A stretch of DNA of 64,000 nt from Dimorphilus gyrociliatus (GCA_904063045.1 CAJFCJ010000032.1:124001-188000); one strand, 5' to 3'. Positions 1-14,076 are shown, numbered from the stretch's first letter. Numbers and translations are program-made. The notes: generated by a model from the letters alone, not told the origin.

Positions 1-890
1 CAGCTCCCTATTAGCACGGCAGCATTACTCTACGATCCTTTTCATTATCTCTCTCCTTGAAAGACAATAACAAGAATTTGTTTAAAGATTTTGGAATTCT
101 TCGAAATATCACTGATTTTTATATTTAGTATTTTGTCCCTTTAATGAAATTCTCTAACTTTGGGGCTTTGACGATTCTTCCTGTAATTACAAGATAAAAG
201 AAGAATTCTAATTATCTAAGGAAAACGAGATGCAATTTACCCGTAACATAGTTGATAGAAGAAGGAAAAAAGGTGCTTTAATAGGCCGCTATGAAATGTT
301 TTTATTGATAATAGCGTATTAGATCCGGCTTTAACGCGATAATACAACTTCAAGTACAACTATAGTGGAAAAAGTTTTATAATTAACCGTTTGCTCTGCT
401 TCATCTTTATAATATAATATAGAAAGTATAAGAGAAATATTTCAATTTTATATAAAATAGTTTACGAGTGAATTGTATTACTTAAAGACAAAATTATTGA
501 CGTAGAAGACAGAAGTATAATATTAACTTGTAATAGCGAAAAGAGAGAACGATTTTCTGGAAGAGAATTTCTCCCTAATTAGTTTTACTAGCTAGTGGAA
601 ATTTGGCGCGTAGGTAGCCGGAAACGGGAAAAACTTTTAAGAAGCGCGAGAGGGTGACTGTTGAAGACGAATTAAAGAAAAGTACGCTCGAATGCTCATA
701 AAGTGACCACTACTCATCAACGTCCTTTCAATTCTAGAAAATTGTTTCTGAAAGACTCGAGCTTTATCGAATAGCCAAATTCTAATTTACGATTATCGCC
801 AGATGACGCTAGGTGATGTTTGCATTGAAATTAGAAAGATATGAAGTCCTGGAAGAGCAAAATAAAAGAAAACTAATAGTATATATAAAC

Positions 891-896
<6 letters not shown>

Positions 897-928
<32 letters not shown>
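897..928. repeat. (TA)n microsatellite
   Basis: Uninterrupted TA tract. Confidence 0.95.
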
Positions 929-931
<3 letters not shown>

Positions 932-2146
932 TTACATTCAGTATATTAGAAAGCATATGAAATACATATATATAGTATATACTGTTTATACCATTTCATT
1001 ACAATATGTACAAAGGTAGTGTAGCTTTGGATAATTTTCTTCAATATAACATATAAAAGAAAAAATCTGTAAAAAGTAAAGCACTCGGCTATAACTGGTT
1101 TATAGCCGACAATATTGACGCCATCGTAAGTCATTTGGCTTTTGCACGCTATACGCTATACTTTATTTTCTAATAAATTTAATCTTATTATAGATTTTTT
1201 TCCTTTATTTTTTTTTAATTTTTTTCTTTTTTTCTTTCTCTCTTTCTTTCATTGTTTTGTTTATATTGTTCCTTTTTATAGTTTACATAATCGACTATAT
1301 AACCGATCAGTCAGACAATTAATCGATTAAAAATTTCAAAATATATGACACTATGAGTAATAGTAAGTTAATAAGAACATTCTTCAGTCTTATTATTCTC
1401 TCCCTCTCTCTCTCTCTATAATACCCTTCGTCAAATTCTCCGAAACGAGCTGAGAAAGTGAATGGTAATGTTATTCGTTGCTCTTCGTCGATTTAATGGA
1501 TTTAGATGAAACTGGAAAGTCAATTTCAGTTATTGAAAGGGAATGTTTAGGGAAGGACTAAGAAATTTGTCTTTTTTCATAATACAAATGCTATCAGCTC
1601 GATTTTCGTCATTTTTCTCTGACACCTGGAAACCAGGGATAAATCCCAATTGGCTCTTTTTTTTTCGAGTTCCAATTTGCTTTCAGTAAACTGTCCAAAT
1701 TATACTAATAATTGGGCTAAGAGTTGAATAATTATCATGAAATTTTTATATCTCTATACTTTCAAGTGACATTTCTTTTATGTACTATTTTCCTATTATT
1801 ATTTTATAATAATAATATAAAAAACAATTCTTTATAGAATCCTCTCATTAACCAATTCTCTATTTCCGGTGCTCGTGTCCTTGTGTTTCGCTTCGTTAGC
1901 AGAATGAATGTTAATTATGATGGTAATTAATAAAATTCTCTTGCAGTAATAATTATTTCCACCTTGTTAAAATTGATTCGATGCTGCTCTAACCTATGTT
2001 GATAAATTATTAATTGATCAAGAGAATTTTTTTTCAATTGTCTTTCAGGACGTAGTCAAGATTAAATTGATGGTTTCCTCTTTTTATCGTTTTTTTTGGT
2101 CCAATTGTTGTAAATTTCTCAGTTTATTCCTTTTCGTTTATAGACA

Positions 2147-2186
2147 TATATACAGTATATATATATATATATATATACTGTATATA
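2147..2186. repeat. 40-bp perfect palindrome TATATACAG(TA)11CTGTATATA
   Basis: Read directly from the sequence: CAG and CTG interruptions flank a (TA)n core. Confidence 0.9.
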
Positions 2187-3547
2187 AATTTATATTAGTA
2201 TGTACTTTATATGAATGTCTTTATATATACTGTATATATGTAGATACTTATATATTCTATATGTGTATATACAGTATACGATATAAATGAGCATGTGTCA
2301 GTCTGGCTATTTCTGACTGTCTGTCTTTCTTATTTACAGTCATCTATACTTATTATCTAACTTTAGCCTTCACATTCACTCACATTCTGCTTCTCTTCCT
2401 CTTCCTCCCCTCTCTCTCTCCCTCTTTCTCTCTTTCTCTCTCTCATTTCTTTCTTATCTCCCTTTGTTTCCAAAGAAAAGACAAAAAATCGAAATACATT
2501 GCGCATTATTTTGATTTATCGTAAATGATAAATAATTCAAGATTACACCCTATCCTTTTTACGAAAATTACTCCCTAATCCAAAGTCTTCTTTTCTTTAT
2601 CCTTTTTATCGTTCTTTCATTTTCAATCATCGTTAGTCTTTCTTCTAATAGATAAAAATATCGCGTAATTTCTAGGAAAGAGTATTTTTAAAAATTATAA
2701 CAGCCTCTACGGTTTTAACTGACAAATTAAATTAGAGCCTGAAGGCTAAGTAAAGTTATAGAAAGTTGGGAGGATCGGTCGGCAATGCCTGGTTATGAAT
2801 AGTCAGTAGTTTTTCACTCAGAAAATTTATACTATTTAAGGGTTTCGGAGGAAATGGGTCCAACTTAGGCCTTTTTATTTCCTTCTTTCATAAAAAATCA
2901 ATAGCCTTGGGATAGAAATAAGAGGAATATGAAAGGGCGAAACACGAACCTTATACACCCACAATAATAACATACGGATAAGATTATTCCAATTTTTTAT
3001 TCCGTTACCTTGTATAAACATCTACAAATAAATTTACGTTACACAGTTCATCTTATCCTGTACAATTAGAGAGCAAATTTTCCAATCCCCGTATGAGTAA
3101 CTCTCTCATTTATCCTTTTCAAAATGAAATTCAATTGAATAGCGATTATTCAATAAAATTTCAAAAGCTACATGGTAATAAAGTTTTATGGCATTTAAAG
3201 TCATATGTTGGCTGGTCAAATAAAAGCTTTACATCCACTAAAACTTTATTACATTATTATAGTAAATTACAAATAATAACAAACAAATACTGACAATTGT
3301 TTATAGTTTCTATATCAATTTTATTCTTTTTTCTTTAACTCTCTCTCCCCTCTCTCTTTCTCTTCATACTTCTAGGTTTTTCATCATATTTTTATATAAA
3401 ATGGAAATAATTATAATAATCTATAAGTTTTGCATAAAAAGAGGAAAAGTAGCGGTGTGATGTAAATTAACTTATCCCATTATATTTCCATCTATTACAA
3501 GACCATAAATGGGTAATGGAAGTTTTAGAATTTAATTTTCGACATCG

Positions 3548-3562
3548 ACTCTAGATGGCAGT
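3548..3562 (+). promoter_or_regulatory. CTCF-like motif
   Basis: ACTCTAGATGGCAGT matches the YAGRKGGCR core. Confidence 0.45.
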
Positions 3563-4150
3563 CTTTTTCTCTTATACGTTACCCTTCCCCAACCGCCCTT
3601 GCCCCCGCAACCCCCCCTACACTCTGTAAAAAGAACCTTTTCATAAAGAGATAGAAATTTTCATTCACCCATCGCAGAAAGAATAAAAAAAGAAAATAAG
3701 AAAGAAAAGGACGGGAAGTTTTAACTTTTTATGTCTTTCAGAAGGCTCTTAAAAAAAGATTATTAAAGAAAATATTTTATTAAAGAATACGAACATTTAA
3801 ACGATTTTTATTCTTGCCTTTTTCACTCTCTCTCTCTCTCTCTATCCCTTTTTCATTAATCGTTTACAATAACTGAGCACAACTCGACTATTTGGACAAA
3901 AGAGCAAGTGATGTACGGTCTGGCAGAGCAATTAACTGATTAGGGAAAGAACCCTAATTAGAAACGGCTATCCGTCTTTCACGTCTCATACAATTGTCAC
4001 GAATGGAAAAAGAGAATGATGAAGGCGATTCTAATGGGTTCATTCACTTATTATTACCACTCCGCTTAGCGAATCATTATAATCATTAGAGAACGAAAGC
4101 ATTTGTCCTCCTTATTCACTCTCAGTAAATGAGTAGTAGAGTAAATACAC

Positions 4151-4153
<3 letters not shown>

Positions 4154-4187
<34 letters not shown>
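4154..4187. repeat. (TA)n microsatellite
   Basis: Uninterrupted TA tract. Confidence 0.95.
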
Positions 4188-4192
<5 letters not shown>

Positions 4193-6368
4193 AAAACCTT
4201 TTAATATGAGGCGCAAGCACCAGGTGTAGTCATTATAAATGTCGAATTGCAAATAGACTGATGCCACTAATTATGCCGACAAAGGAAACAAAAATGTATG
4301 GAAAAATGTTTGTTAATTCGTCAAAAGACGCTAATAAATGAATTTATACAGTATATACTGGTATATACTGTATATAGGTTTGATAATAAAGCATATTCAC
4401 TGTAAAGTTCAAGTTTTATAGTTTATTTATCTATATTAGAAAATATTGACCATTTTTTTAAATAGAGAAATCATATTGTTGCGTTATGTTTGTAACATTG
4501 ACAGTAAAAAGGCGACCAATAGCTTTTAGCTCAATTTACTTAATGGTAAGGTTAAGTAACCTAAGCGCGGCGTTTTTTGTTCTCTCTCGTTGCTACCTTA
4601 TACACCGATACACGAACATATACTTATGTATATATAATGTGTATTTATACGTTGCATCTAACTATCCCCCACTCTCTTTCAATGTCGGTCAATCGATCTT
4701 TCGCCATCTTTTTTAAGTAGATTGAAGCGTATGGCTACAAACGATTTTATACATAGAAATAACCAATTATCCCACGGTCAAAAAATATAAATTAAGGACG
4801 GCAAGCTACGCCCTCTACTATCATTGATGAGCCCTTTGGCATCGCCTTTTGACATGTATTAACAATACCTTCTCATTTATACACACAGGGTCATATACTG
4901 TATCGAAATAGCGTTGAAATTAAAAGTTGACATTAAAGTTTCACATCTGCCTTGATGACTTTTTGTTAATATTATTTACAGCCAAGTAAAGAAGTGAACA
5001 AAATGACGTAAAGATAATTAACTAATAATATTAATTACTATAATTGTTAAAGCGATTAAGATCAAATTGATAATTATCTCGGCTTGTCTGTAATTGGGAT
5101 ATTTTTTTTCAGTTGTAATAAATGCCATATAAAATAATTGATGCATATCTCATAGTTGCGCATATAGTAGCCGATCATGGTATTCACGTCAACGTTTAAT
5201 TTAATACACACTTGAAAAGTTCTTTTGAAAATAAGCAACGTTTTTATTTGGTATGACAGCTTAAAAAGGTTTATACGAGTGCTATCTTGAAGAAAGATTT
5301 ATGTTTTAGCTTGTTTTTATTTGATTTTTTTCTCTCTTTAAAGATCCATACATCTATATATAACTAGAAATGTCTTCTTTCTTCCCTATACCCCAATGTA
5401 CTTTTGTTTCCGGTTTTCGCTCTATACCACCAACACTAAGGGTAATTGGTTTTTTCGCATATAGAACTAGGTGGAAAATAATGATTTCTTTTATAAAACT
5501 TTTGATTGATTATTCTACTAGAGAGCTAAACGAAGTGAAGGGAAAAAAGGAGCTGTTATGTGTTGCATTAGACTCTTCCATTGCTCCATTAAGAAGGGTC
5601 AAATGTTTAGAATGATTTGAACCATCAATCTAAGAATGAAAATGTTTAATTTTCTTTCCTTCTTCTTTACCTATTTCCTCTTTATTCTTTACAGCATCCA
5701 TTCGAAGAACAAACGTCAGTTAGACGTACGCATGCAATTTGTTTGGTAAATTTTGCATGCATACTTAATCCGTCTGTCTAATAAACAACGACAAACGTGC
5801 AACAGATCACACGCCCTAACCCAATTAAGATTATCAGCAGAAAAACAGTATCCAATTTCTAAACATTTCACCTATTAAAATGTTCGATGAATCTGATTAA
5901 TAATTATTCCACTATCTTATATTATACTTGTCTAGCATTATCCTAATAAAGTGCCCGGAAAATGAATATCATATAGACGACAGGAAAAAGTTGTTTCGGG
6001 ATGTTTTTATATAGAAAAGTGCGTGAGCGAACATGAGAGATGGAGAGGGGAGAATAACTCAATTCTATCAAGAAAACCAATTACGAATTACATCCCTCAA
6101 CAACTGGTTTATCATTTAAGAAAGAAAACCTTGATAAACTCCGTTTGTTCGATATAAATGATGGTAGGAGTTAAACTGGTTTAAAGTCTGGAATTCGGCG
6201 TTCCGGTCGACTATGTAATTATTATCTTGAAAAAAAAGAGTTTAAAAAACTCATTATCTCTTATCGAACAACACGACCCCGTTAAAGATAATAAAACGCT
6301 TTGACAAGCGACGCGAAAACTGTCCGCCTTATCCGCTCTTATCTCGCTCACCGTGATTTACTCTACAT

Positions 6369-6542
6369 TCGGTCACGTGACCGACCCGCATGGCGGTAAG
6401 GATCAAAGGGTCGTTTTTCTAACTTTTTCGCCGTTTTGTTCGCTTTTCAATTTTGTGGCGGGCGCGAGTTAAATTGAATTAAACGACTAGGGTGCTTTGT
6501 AATTATTTTTTCTTCAAAGGGGCGGCACCTTTGACTTTGATC
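6369..6542. promoter_or_regulatory. Candidate Wnt/TCF-responsive enhancer 3' of engrailed
   Basis: TCF HMG-type sites at 6401-6410, 6513-6520 and 6535-6542. Helper-like GC sites at 6391, 6456 and 6521. A 16-bp palindrome TCGGTCACGTGACCGA at 6369-6384. Confidence 0.45.
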
Positions 6543-7087
6543 TTGAGACTTTTTTCCTGGCCTGTTTTTAGTTTTTAAGCATGATGTTTTTGAAAGAAAG
6601 TGTTCTATATAATTATGCCGTAAGAGGATGTTTATCTGTTCTTATTTAAATAGAAACCTTAAGGCTTTAAAAGCCATAAGTATAGCCTCTAAAAAGACCA
6701 TTTTAAAACATTATTTAAATGTAGCACCAATAAGTCGCATTAAAAGGTACCTTATTCTTTTCGTCTATCATCTCCTCACCTACATTCTATCAACCCATTT
6801 CCCAATGAATTATTCATTTTTTCTCTTTTTTAACGCTTAAAAAACTCTTATTGTTGAAATCTCAAAGTGAATTTTCTTAGATAAAACATTTTTATTATAT
6901 TCTTTATTTATTCATCAAAGATATACGTAAGTACTGTACATGTATATGCGTATATTAATTTATATAAAGAAGAAGAATATTCGCTCATAACAACTGTCTT
7001 GTCTCTTTTCTTTTACATTTAATCGTAAAGATAAGCACATAATCTACGTTTCTTTCTCTGGGAAGTAGAAGCTATATTTCAGAGTAA

Positions 7088-9249
7088 TTAATTTTCGGCA
7101 CCGCCATTTTCCTTTGCAGGTATTGTTTGATGATTATACAGTCCTTGAGCCATCAGGTGGAGTGCTAACGGATTCCTAGATCCTGTTGACTTTTTCAATT
7201 TGGCTCTTTTATTCTGCAAAACAAAAAAATGAACGTAATTAACATTAAATACTTTTAATATTTCTATTATTTTTATCATTATGACTATAGTTTAACAATA
7301 GAAAAAACTGCAATTTACCTGGAACCAGATTTTAATTTGTGCTTCATTTAATCCCAACTGCTGAGCTAAATTAGCCCTTCGTTGTTCCGTTAAATATCTT
7401 GATTGTTCAAATTCTTCCTTTAATCTTTGCAATTGTTCACTTGTAAAAGCAGTTCTCGGTCGCTTCTCGACTGAAGTAACGGCAGCAGTCGGTACTTCAA
7501 CGGGTTCCTTCTCTTTTTTCTTTTTTGAACGTCTGCATCGGGGCCCTAAAAATAAAATAATTACGGTTCAATTATCATTTATTCATTGAAAGATATACTG
7601 CGCATGCGTGACATATATATAGCAGCACCTTTTTACGAAGTATTCACTATAAAGTCGTGTGTCTGTCATCAGCATTATGTACAAGTGCTTGTGACGTAGC
7701 TTTGAAAAATGACTATTTAATAAGTTTTCACTGGGTAACGTCGACATGTTAATATATAAACTATGCTCTTACGACACTCAGCTCACAACCTATACTTTCT
7801 TATTTTAAAATGAACGCTTGACATTATTTTCTTGAATATTTTTCATATTTCTTCCATATTTTAATAAACATGGAATTTTTTTCGTTACCAACCTATATTT
7901 TAATTGCTTTTAAAAGAGAATCGGAAATCCTCTCAACTCCCCTCCCTTATTCGTTAACCTAGATATCTATTCCGTTAAGAGCAGAGAGTCAGCGAAGGAG
8001 AAATTCGCACCCCTTCTTCACTTTTGTACATTGAATAGGAGAAAGATGAGAATAACAATAAAGTTATTATTTCATGGTAGTGTACATAACCGCTCTCATG
8101 TTAAGTTAGAAAGCAATTAAACCGGGTCAGAAAATTCTGACTAAATTCGACGAACCGGCCGAGAATTATTTTATAATTCAATTGCAAACTTGACCCAAAT
8201 AACAACGAAATGAAAGGGTTCTTTGAAGAAACAGCCATGAATTATATATCACCTAAGAATGTGTAGCAATTAGTTTAAGGCTTTTGAAGTCATTGTACAA
8301 ACTATGACAAACACGCATTTCTTCGTAATGCAATACACGTTACCCCATCTAAAAATACGTAAATATTTCACCCGTGTTAAAACACGAATTCGATAATAAA
8401 TTTATATCAATTATCTAAATGGGAAAAATTTCTTCCGTTCATAAATTACGTAAGATTGTTTTAAATAAAACGAAAATTAGTTTCAACGTTTGTAAGGTAA
8501 GGTATAATAATTAGGACAACCGTTACCGTTGATTTAAATGAATGTATAGCCCATATGAATATTCTGATTCGTTGACCCATTTTTCCATTACTTATAATTT
8601 TATCATAATGTTCTAATTAGAAAGGTGTTTAAGGCCTAAATAATGATAAATAGTTTAGAGAGAAGTTTTAATTGATATTTATACAAGAAAGTGAAAAAAA
8701 TAAACATTCTTAACCGCAAAATATTCATTGCTTAATTTATTATCACATTGCTTTCTTTCTTGCTTTATCTTTCTTTCTCTCTCTCTCTCTCTTTCTCTTT
8801 GGTTGCCTTTTCTCTTATTTTATTGTTAATTAGGTTATACTTAATAATAAATTTTTAAATAATGCATTAATGTAGCTAAATAGCTCATTTTTAATTTTTA
8901 CTATTGAATAATGTATGAAGGTATATCGTAGAGAAATAATATTCATTTCATGAATATATATACCTGATGATGGTCTATCCGAATACCTTGTACAATATAC
9001 CCAAGCAGGCCAGATCATATTTTCAGCGGGTTTCTGATTTTCTGTCTTTCTTCCCGAAGTTGTACTAGACGCTGATGATGTAGATTCGGTGTCTGACTTT
9101 TCCTCGATTCGACCAAAATTGGATGATAGAATATCTTCAATAAAAAATCTTGTAAAAGTATTTGTTTTTGGACCATCGTCATCTTCAACGTTAATAATTT
9201 CATTATCGCTTTCATAATCCGTTTTTAGAGCCATAGCTACACGGTGCAT
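7088..9249 (-). CDS. en: Engrailed homeobox transcription factor (3 coding exons: 9249-8964, 7545-7319, 7213-7088)
   Basis: Contains eh1 (FFIEDIL), EH2 ([17 protein letters not shown]|PR), the homeodomain [50 protein letters not shown]|NKRAKLKK and EH5 ([15 protein letters not shown]). Both introns are GT-AG and phase-consistent. Confidence 0.97.
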
Positions 9250-12200
9250 ACAAAGCGACTTGTTGAAAAATGCTTCAACTGGCGTTAATTGTTAAGAAGA
9301 CGAAACGTCAGCCCGGCCAATCAGCTTTCGGTAGGCGGAGTTTAACAACATGATTGGCATAATTATCGGGTTTTAAAAGAGATTGACGGTAGACGATATT
9401 GTTTCAGAATAACTTTGATCCGATACGAATTAATATTAGTTTACAGATAAAAAACGTGTTATCTTACGGCCATTGGTCATTATTTACTAACTTTTATGCA
9501 GTTGCTACTTATTTCTAATTATTCCCCTTTATATATGGTTTCTTCGTGTCTTTCAGCTCTTGTTCTCCCCCCTCCGCCCTTCCCCCTCTCTCTCTCCCTC
9601 TGAACACACACGCACATATATAAATATATCATCTTCGACCTCCGTGTCTTCCTCTTTCCCTATTCCATTTTTATTTTTATTAGGGTTAAGAAAGACATAA
9701 ATTAAAAAATATTCCTTGCTCTGAAAAGCAATGAAAGGGGTATTTTTTTATTAAGAAATGAATGCGAAGAAATATTGTTCGTGCTCTCTATTCACTTTCA
9801 CGCATTAGAGCGGTGTATGTTTAGGTTAGTTGACTACAGTTTTCTTTATTGTCAAATGCGTAACACAATGCATAATAAACATCATTTATAATTTAAAAGT
9901 TAAAAAAGAAGAGGGGGTTATTTAAAAGTTATAAGACGATTTTTCTTATAAAAAATGGTCGCCTAACAAGCGATGGGCGGGTAGAAAGTGTCACATCATA
10001 AGGAGTTGATGATACCGACGAGTTTTTCAACTTATGCAAATCGAAACACGCCTATCATAGACCACACAAACCCTGCGTAAAATTTCCACCATCATACCGT
10101 CTTTGATGTCGCGAGCATAATTAAAAGTCGAAATCGGTATAATTTGTATGAAAAGCCGGAGGGCGTGGAATCATAAAAATCGAATTTCGTATATTTTATT
10201 GAAAATTTTACTATTGGGAATTTGCACGTGCAAAAATCGAAAGGTACTTGGAAGATTCATAACGCGGATCATGAATAGAGAAGCTTCTATTTAGGAATAG
10301 TCCATTATTCATTTTGACTGCTTACGTAATGCCATAGAATAGAATACTTGTGTGATTTTAGACCCTTTAAAATTGGCCTAAAAGAGAGGTTGTAGTGTTA
10401 AGGCATATGTCTTTTTTACCAATTTAGCTTTAGGCCAAATTAGACCAATGCAAATGTAAACTGTAAACGTGTATATACAATAGAAGAAGAGTTTGAAGGA
10501 GATGGAAGCGTACTGTTGATGTTTATGCAATCTATAAATACATGATGTAATTTATACCTAAAAGAAACAACAGTGTTATTTCTACTTGAAGGAATTCTAT
10601 TCAATAGAAGTCGAGTTAAAATTACGTTTCTTTAATGATAATAAAGTGTATTATAATAATTGTTGACTGTTTTCTAATGCTCTTTTTTTTATACTTATAC
10701 CCTATTCACTCGTATAATTCACCGGATATTGATACTATTATGGTTTTTCTTTTTAGATATAAACGTATAGAGTATACAGTATATATATCTATATATATAC
10801 ATATATTTATAAATAGCTCTTACTTTTTCACTTTAAACTTTTTTCTAAAGATTGTGTCAGCTTTGTTGCGATTGTATAAGTCTAATTATTAAGTATTGGT
10901 GCGAATGACAGAAATTCGCTAGGCCTTTTTGCTTTTTGACTGCTAAATTATGGAATTTGAAAAATTATGAAACAGCTATTACTTTCGTGATAAAGAGACG
11001 TCGAAGAGTCTTAATAACTTGTAAGAGAGTTTTTATAAAAAGCTATATATATCATAATCTCTGTAAGTATGTCTTTTACGTGAGATAAAAACATATAGAA
11101 GGATAAGAGTGTATATAAAAAGGATAAGATAGAATTTATTCATCAAACGTTATACATAATTCACAAATTATAGATAAAACTTTTTAAGCATTTTCATCAT
11201 TTGCTTTTTTGTTCCTCGCTCTCTGCTTGTTCTTGTTCTTGTTCTTGTTCGTCTTGTACTTCTTATTCTTCTTCTCCAACATACAAATTGTAATAAATAG
11301 CGTGCAATTTTTGTTCAGTATATTTTATAGATTTGTTAGTTTTTCTATCCGAACTCTGTGAGTTTAAAGGGCAAACACATACCGACAATCAGAATGTATA
11401 CAAAACTGGAGCAAGGGAAAAGAAGAAAGAGAGAGAGAGAGAGAAAGAAAGAACGAGAGAAAGAGAGAGGTATTAAGTGAGCCTAATTACGCACTAGTGA
11501 AAGAAGATGAGATGTATTTGTTATTAATACTAGAGAATGAGAAAAGGTTCATAGAATTTAGTATGTCTCAACTGCCACCAGCGATTTTTCAATTTGCACT
11601 TGCGGAAAATAGATGACGCTTAATACCGTGTTTGCAAGTCGTATTAACGGACGGTGCTATAGTTTGTCTTATCTCGCTAATGCAGTAGCAGTTTTCCTGA
11701 TGAGATTGTTTACGGTTGGTCGCTCTTCTACACAACAAAAAGACCACAGATACGTACTAAGACTATTAAATAGTTAGAAAGCGTTAATTGAATAGTACAA
11801 AATGTTGGATAGCTTAGACTGGCGCCCAGTTTATCTTGCATGAATAAAATCTAATTAAACAGACGACCATTTTGCGTGCCGTATTAAAATTGCCTGATAG
11901 TAAAAGTACGCAATTTAGTTGAATCGAAACGACCTGACGATTCAATATATAATGAATTGGGTTGCAATTAATGAGGCCGAAACTATTTTTTATTATTAAC
12001 TCTTTGACACGCATTCAGTCTAGAATTCTTTAAGATGATACTTGAAAAATCAACGAGTTTTTCTTTTTTACTTTATTACTATATGACTCTTTCTACACCA
12101 CAAAGCTCATTGTCGTTCTCTTATCGGTCCCATGAGCGTTAAAGCCAACGTCAATCAGCTTATTTTCCTGTCCGTCCCACAATAACACTTTATCTCTAAT

Positions 12201-14063
12201 TAGTACTCATTAGGGAGATGCTGAAATCTTTTATTATTATCCTCCCTCTCTATATTATCCTTTTTGTCAATCTATCCGTCTATCGTCTTTCCTTCTCCTA
12301 TCCCCCATTGTTCTGCCTATTATGTCGCTAACGTGTAGATTCCAACTTTGTTGTTTTTTTTCTTCTTTTAAAAATTTCTTTTGAAGAGAATGAAGAGAAT
12401 TAAAAACTTAGGGAAAAAAAGTATACATGTAAGATAGTTCCGACCACCAAGGAAGACACGCGCTCCTCGTGAATTTCAAAGAGCATTTGTGCTGGGCCGT
12501 CAAAATTCCGGTGATTGATAGTAGCAAGACTATTTGCCATTCACAATGTGAGCTTTATCGGTTGAAAGTTTTCGCATCTGTCCTCATTTTCGGCTTTTTG
12601 TTTACTCTCCTACTGCTAAATTAGTTTTTACTAGCAACCCGTTTAACCCAATTCAATTAAGAGAATTCATTCCATAGTTAGAGTGCGAAAAGAGATTGAC
12701 AATTAATTATTTATTCTATAATTGTTATTATCACTTTAATGACATATATACGTTTTATCATTTGGCGATAATAGAAAAATATACTATATTAAATAATCAA
12801 TTAATTGGTTAAAATGGTAAAAGCTTAGCTGATATTATCAGTTATTAAACTTGCTCTTTTTCTCTTCTAGCTTATCCTAAAGGCGAATATTCATTTCTCT
12901 TTATTAACAAGTGGAAATATTTAATCTTTCTAATCTTAGAGAAAGGAATTAGGAAAGAAAATTTTGTAGCCTAAAAGAAAAAAATTTACATTATAAAGCT
13001 ATAAAAGTTAAGAAGGAGAGGGAAATGTTTTGGTAGTTTTACGACCAATTTACAAGTTTCTACAGTCGAAAGAGTCTTAAACAATTTCATTAGAGCTAAT
13101 TACAACGTTATGATGGCTGCCACGTGTAAATTCAATCTGATTTAAGAAAATCGTAACGAATAGACAGCTCGTTTATCATAATTGCGTAAGTTCGAAAGCG
13201 CATCAACTCTCCCTTTTCGACCGTTATGCAAATCGACTGTAATATAAAATAATTGTAGACCAATAAAATACTTCTCTTAGTTTATTAGGGGCAATAAATG
13301 GTTATAACCCAGGGCTAGGGGAAAATATTGAGAAAATTGAAAATGGACAATAACTCTCTTGTGTTTGAAATGAGTCGAAAGAAATATGCAAATTAGTCTT
13401 TCAAAAACGTTTATCTTTTCAAATTTGATAGATTGTTCCTTAAATAAACCGAAGCAACTTTGTCATCCCTAAAATACCTTATGAATTATGAATGATTAAG
13501 GAATGAACAGATTCTTTTTTCTCTTTATTTTTTATTGAACGGCTATATATATTTATAAAAATACAACTATAAACTGTTTATATATAAACAATGAATTCGT
13601 TTTATTACTTTTGCAACATTCGTATTCAAGTAAAAAAATTCAATTCAGTTGAAAAAAAAACAATCTTTCTTTCGATTTTTTAATTAAGATAAATAAAAAA
13701 AATCAGCTACTTTTCAGTGTTTTTAAGAAAAATTTACGATAAAAATTAGACGATGACAGGCAAAATGATTAAGTGCTTGCAGCTGCCCGCTGCAATTTAT
13801 CTTTATTTTTGGAAAACTTGCGCTTTTCGTCGCCCCCTTTAAACGCTAACTTGATTAAGCGCTAAGCGATTGTTGACCTTTGACGCTCAACACCCTTTTC
13901 TCTAGATGATTTTCTTACTGATGAGAACTAATTTTCTTGTATGAAATTCCAGGAGAATTTTTCAATTAAACTATACTTTTACTAACTTTTGGAGTATATC
14001 TTCCTTTTCTTATAAATTACTAACAGATTGGAAAGAAGAATTGTTGTACAACGACATACTTTT

Positions 14064-14076
14064 CGCCATCTATCGG
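14064..14076 (-). promoter_or_regulatory. CTCF-like motif upstream of the BAMBI-like gene
   Basis: CCGATAGATGGCG on the minus strand. Confidence 0.55.

Noticed and set aside
813-1019. 68-aa ORF, and similar ORFs at 15628-16020, 18769-18972, 20254-20451, 26407-26604, 31672-31869 and 58091-58552
   Set aside because: These are translations of (TA)n or (GA)n microsatellites and AT-rich UTR or intron sequence (YIYI, ERER, SLSL runs) with no domain motifs.
7546-8963. Search for the arthropod-type RS micro-exon in engrailed intron 1
   Set aside because: The downstream exon begins GG, so a 6-nt insert could not end in Ser. The only micro-exon-like signal seen (8348-8344) is 5 nt and would shift frame.
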